From Patescibacteria group bacterium (GTDB taxonomy: Bacteria > Patescibacteriota > Microgenomatia > UBA1400 > PJMF01), in assembly GCA_016861085.1 (NCBI GenBank), contig BOKR01000001.1:991298-1055297 (forward strand): a stretch of 64,000 nucleotides of DNA, written 5' to 3'. This document shows positions 61,636 to 64,000 of the stretch, piece after piece (the stretch's first letter is position 1; every line of letters begins with the position of its first letter). The notes beneath the pieces were generated by a model. That model saw only the letters and a list, made by a program, of their open reading frames with translations, made no database searches and was not told the origin of the DNA. The position numbers and the translations under genes are program-made.

Positions 61636-62628
61636 CTATGGCTCTAATTTGAATAGTTTAGAAAATTCTTCCCAACTCATTCCCCCAGAGCGAACCATAT
61701 AGGGACGTATATCAGGAAATACTTTTGTTTGTAAAACATTATTTAATAGTAGTATTCGTGTTACTTCATGCATATTTTGTTCTAAAGCAGTTAGCGCATG
61801 AGCATCTGTTTTAAAACTATTTATGACTGTCTCAACGTCAAACTGATTATCTCCTGGTTGCAACCGACTTTCTGGCCTTTGATGCGGATAATCACTTTCA
61901 TGGGCAGTTTTGTGCCTAATATTTTGTCGAACAGTCCAAATAATTTTCATATATTGGTCAATCTTTTCTTCGTCACCAATAATCTCCAACAATCTTCCTT
62001 TAGTCCATTCTTGTGCACTAAGTGGATTATGCAGAATCCCAGTTCTATTACACTTTGAACAATCATGAATTCCTTCGCAAAACGGTTGGCGACCCACTAT
62101 TGCCTCGACTATTGAAAAATCAATGACCATTCTCCAGTACGAATAATCAGCCATCTCAGAATGTGACCACTGTTGCCCAGGTTTTAAATCTAGGAGTAGG
62201 TTTTTCACCATGCCGCTCTGTTGTTCGCTTAGCAATATGAATCTGCTGTACAACTGCTCATAACTCATTTTCTCTCTGATGCCTTCAGTTCGATATACGG
62301 TATTTAAAATGTCACTATAATCTCTTTCAGAACCGAATGGTTTTCCCATATACTCTACAATGCCATCAATAGTGCCCATATAGGATGGTAGTGTCCAAGG
62401 GTCGCCAATAATAAAAGCGTGAAAAAGTACCCACAAAGATAACTGGCCTTGAGGTAAATTTTCATACTCCAGGCTTACAGTTGGCCAAAGAGACTGGCCG
62501 CTTGAATTGGTTGTTTTTGTATTTATTATTGCGCCATTGCCCGCTGATACCTTAATGTTACCAACGGTTACGACTTTCTTAGGGGGATGCCATGTTATAA
62601 AAGAATTAGCTCCAAGTATATTTTCCAT
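61636..62628 (-). CDS. Hypothetical protein with HEPN-like Rx4H motif and Cys cluster
   Basis: IRHKTAHE; SIVEAI helix; CEGIHDCSKC. Confidence 0.6.
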   Translation of the reverse strand: MENILGANSFITWHPPKKVVTVGNIKVSAGNGAIINTKTTNSSGQSLWPTVSLEYENLPQGQLSLWVLFHAFIIGDPWTLPSYMGTIDGIVEYMGKPFGSERDYSDILNTVYRTEGIREKMSYEQLYSRFILLSEQQSGMVKNLLLDLKPGQQWSHSEMADYSYWRMVIDFSIVEAIVGRQPFCEGIHDCSKCNRTGILHNPLSAQEWTKGRLLEIIGDEEKIDQYMKIIWTVRQNIRHKTAHESDYPHQRPESRLQPGDNQFDVETVINSFKTDAHALTALEQNMHEVTRILLLNNVLQTKVFPDIRPYMVRSGGMSWEEFSKLFKLEP

Positions 62629-62769
62629 GGAGTTATTTTAATTGATTTTAACGACACATTAAATAAGCTTTGCTTGTCATTCTAGATGCACCAGAATCCA
62701 ACTTTAACTTCGTGTAAACTATGGGTATAATGTCGAGAATTTACAACAAAACAGAGAGGCCCAAAACTT

Positions 62770-63915
62770 ATGAGTAAAGAAGTTAGAACAGAAATAGCAG
62801 TCATTGGTGGCGGTGCCGGTGGATTGATGACAACCAAGAAACTAGCCGAACTTGGCTACGATGTCGCTTTAATAGATAAAGCTCCAACTTTTGGCTCAGG
62901 TCCTTCTACCAGGAATGAAGGCTGGTTACACAGAGGAACAGTCCATTCAGGAGTCATTAAAGAACCAGATAGGGCTATGAAAATTGCTCGAAGAGTTATG
63001 TATGGCTATGAGCAAATCATGAGTTTTGCTCCAGAAGCAGTAGAAGACTTAACTTCAACAACATACGCCCTATTTAAGGATGGAGAGCTTGCTGATGCTA
63101 CAGAAGAACGCTGGAAAGCAGTTGATGTTTGGTTTCAAGCAATGCAATTACAAGCCTTTTTTAGAGAAAACCCAGAAATTAGTCCTGACATTGTAGCTCG
63201 TGCCTATAAAACCAAAGATAAAAGCCTTAACTTTAGACTTTTGTATCAAAAGTTGTTAGCTATATCAGAAAAGCTAGGTGTACAAACACTTCTAAATACA
63301 GAAGTTATTCCTGAAGAAGAAGGAAGAGCGATGCTTGTTGAAAGCGATGGCTCAAGAAGACCTTTATTCGCCGATATTTTTGTGTTCACCACAGGATTAG
63401 CTGCTAGAAAAATATTTGGCACTATGGGTTATGACATGGCCGTCAGGTTCTGGAAAAGTCACTCGGTAATGATACCAAGATTGAGCAAAAATGGTTTCTT
63501 TTTTGTTGACCCACTTGAAGCATCAATGATGCCGCACGGAAAATATTCCATTGCTTGCCAAAGTGAAGATGATTTCCAGATAGAAGAACCTACATTTGAA
63601 GTAGTTCCACATATGGCTCACCAAGTTTTCGAAGCATTAGTGAGAATGGTCCCAGAAGCAGAACAATACGAAGATAATTATCACGCCAATGCTTGTGTTA
63701 AACCAGATATCATCAAAGGGCCAAACTCCCCAAGGTCCGTTGATATTGAATTGCACGAGCCAATGCCTAACTATTTTGTTGCATTTCCAGGGAAAGTCAC
63801 CGAGTCGCCTTATATGGCAGACACTGTTGTGAAAACAATATTTGACCGAAAATCTGACAGTCGAATTTCACAACGCCCAGGTGATATCATATTTGGTGAT
63901 GAAACAGCAAAATAA
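62770..63915 (+). CDS. FAD-dependent oxidoreductase (DAO/GlpA/LhgO-like)
   Basis: VIGGGAGG, STRNEGWLHRG, PGKVT. Confidence 0.88.
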   Translation: MSKEVRTEIAVIGGGAGGLMTTKKLAELGYDVALIDKAPTFGSGPSTRNEGWLHRGTVHSGVIKEPDRAMKIARRVMYGYEQIMSFAPEAVEDLTSTTYALFKDGELADATEERWKAVDVWFQAMQLQAFFRENPEISPDIVARAYKTKDKSLNFRLLYQKLLAISEKLGVQTLLNTEVIPEEEGRAMLVESDGSRRPLFADIFVFTTGLAARKIFGTMGYDMAVRFWKSHSVMIPRLSKNGFFFVDPLEASMMPHGKYSIACQSEDDFQIEEPTFEVVPHMAHQVFEALVRMVPEAEQYEDNYHANACVKPDIIKGPNSPRSVDIELHEPMPNYFVAFPGKVTESPYMADTVVKTIFDRKSDSRISQRPGDIIFGDETAK

Positions 63916-63999
63916 TCAATCTAGCATCTCTCTGGGATGTGGGCTTATACGACTCGGCAGAGTTTGGGGAGTTGATAATAAACCTGTTCCCTCTGAGTC
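63916..63999 (-). CDS. Possible 3' end of a convergent gene entering from the right edge
   Basis: Open frame ...DSEGTGLLSTPQTLPSRISPHPREMLD* ending right at the oxidoreductase stop. Confidence 0.3.
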   Translation of the reverse strand, partial: DSEGTGLLSTPQTLPSRISPHPREMLD

Positions 64000-64000
64000 T

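Overview
AT-rich bacterial chromosome window. Gene content (short 4-domain S1, unlinked rRNA genes, many TM-anchored surface proteins, -10 boxes directly upstream of start codons) suggests a Patescibacteria/CPR genome, probably Microgenomates-like; this taxonomy is inference. Layout: (1) a >1280-aa minus-strand ORF missing from the supplied track and running off the left edge; (2) housekeeping and envelope genes (smpB, Ddl-like ATP-grasp, lepA, rpsT, murJ, pilN/pilO-like, Fn3 surface protein); (3) a ~25 kb surface-glycan locus (19982-44863) with epimerases, GT2/GT4/GT-C enzymes, two O-antigen-ligase-like proteins and Wzm/Wzt; (4) tRNA-Ala-23S-5S with no 16S; (5) a tandem run of carbonic-anhydrase-like genes, rpsA, pgk, a 939-aa Cys-rich LPQTG protein, a HEPN-motif protein and an FAD oxidoreductase. 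Best candidate for a new system: a RiPP-like cassette inside the glycan locus (38318-44863). It has an unannotated 24-aa peptide with a YxxP leader motif (41210-41284), a stand-alone PqqD/RRE, an S24/S26 peptidase-nucleotidyltransferase fusion, an HprK-like kinase, two GT2s and two methyltransferases, but no lasso cyclase or radical SAM enzyme in the window. All calls come from motif reading by eye; no searches were run.
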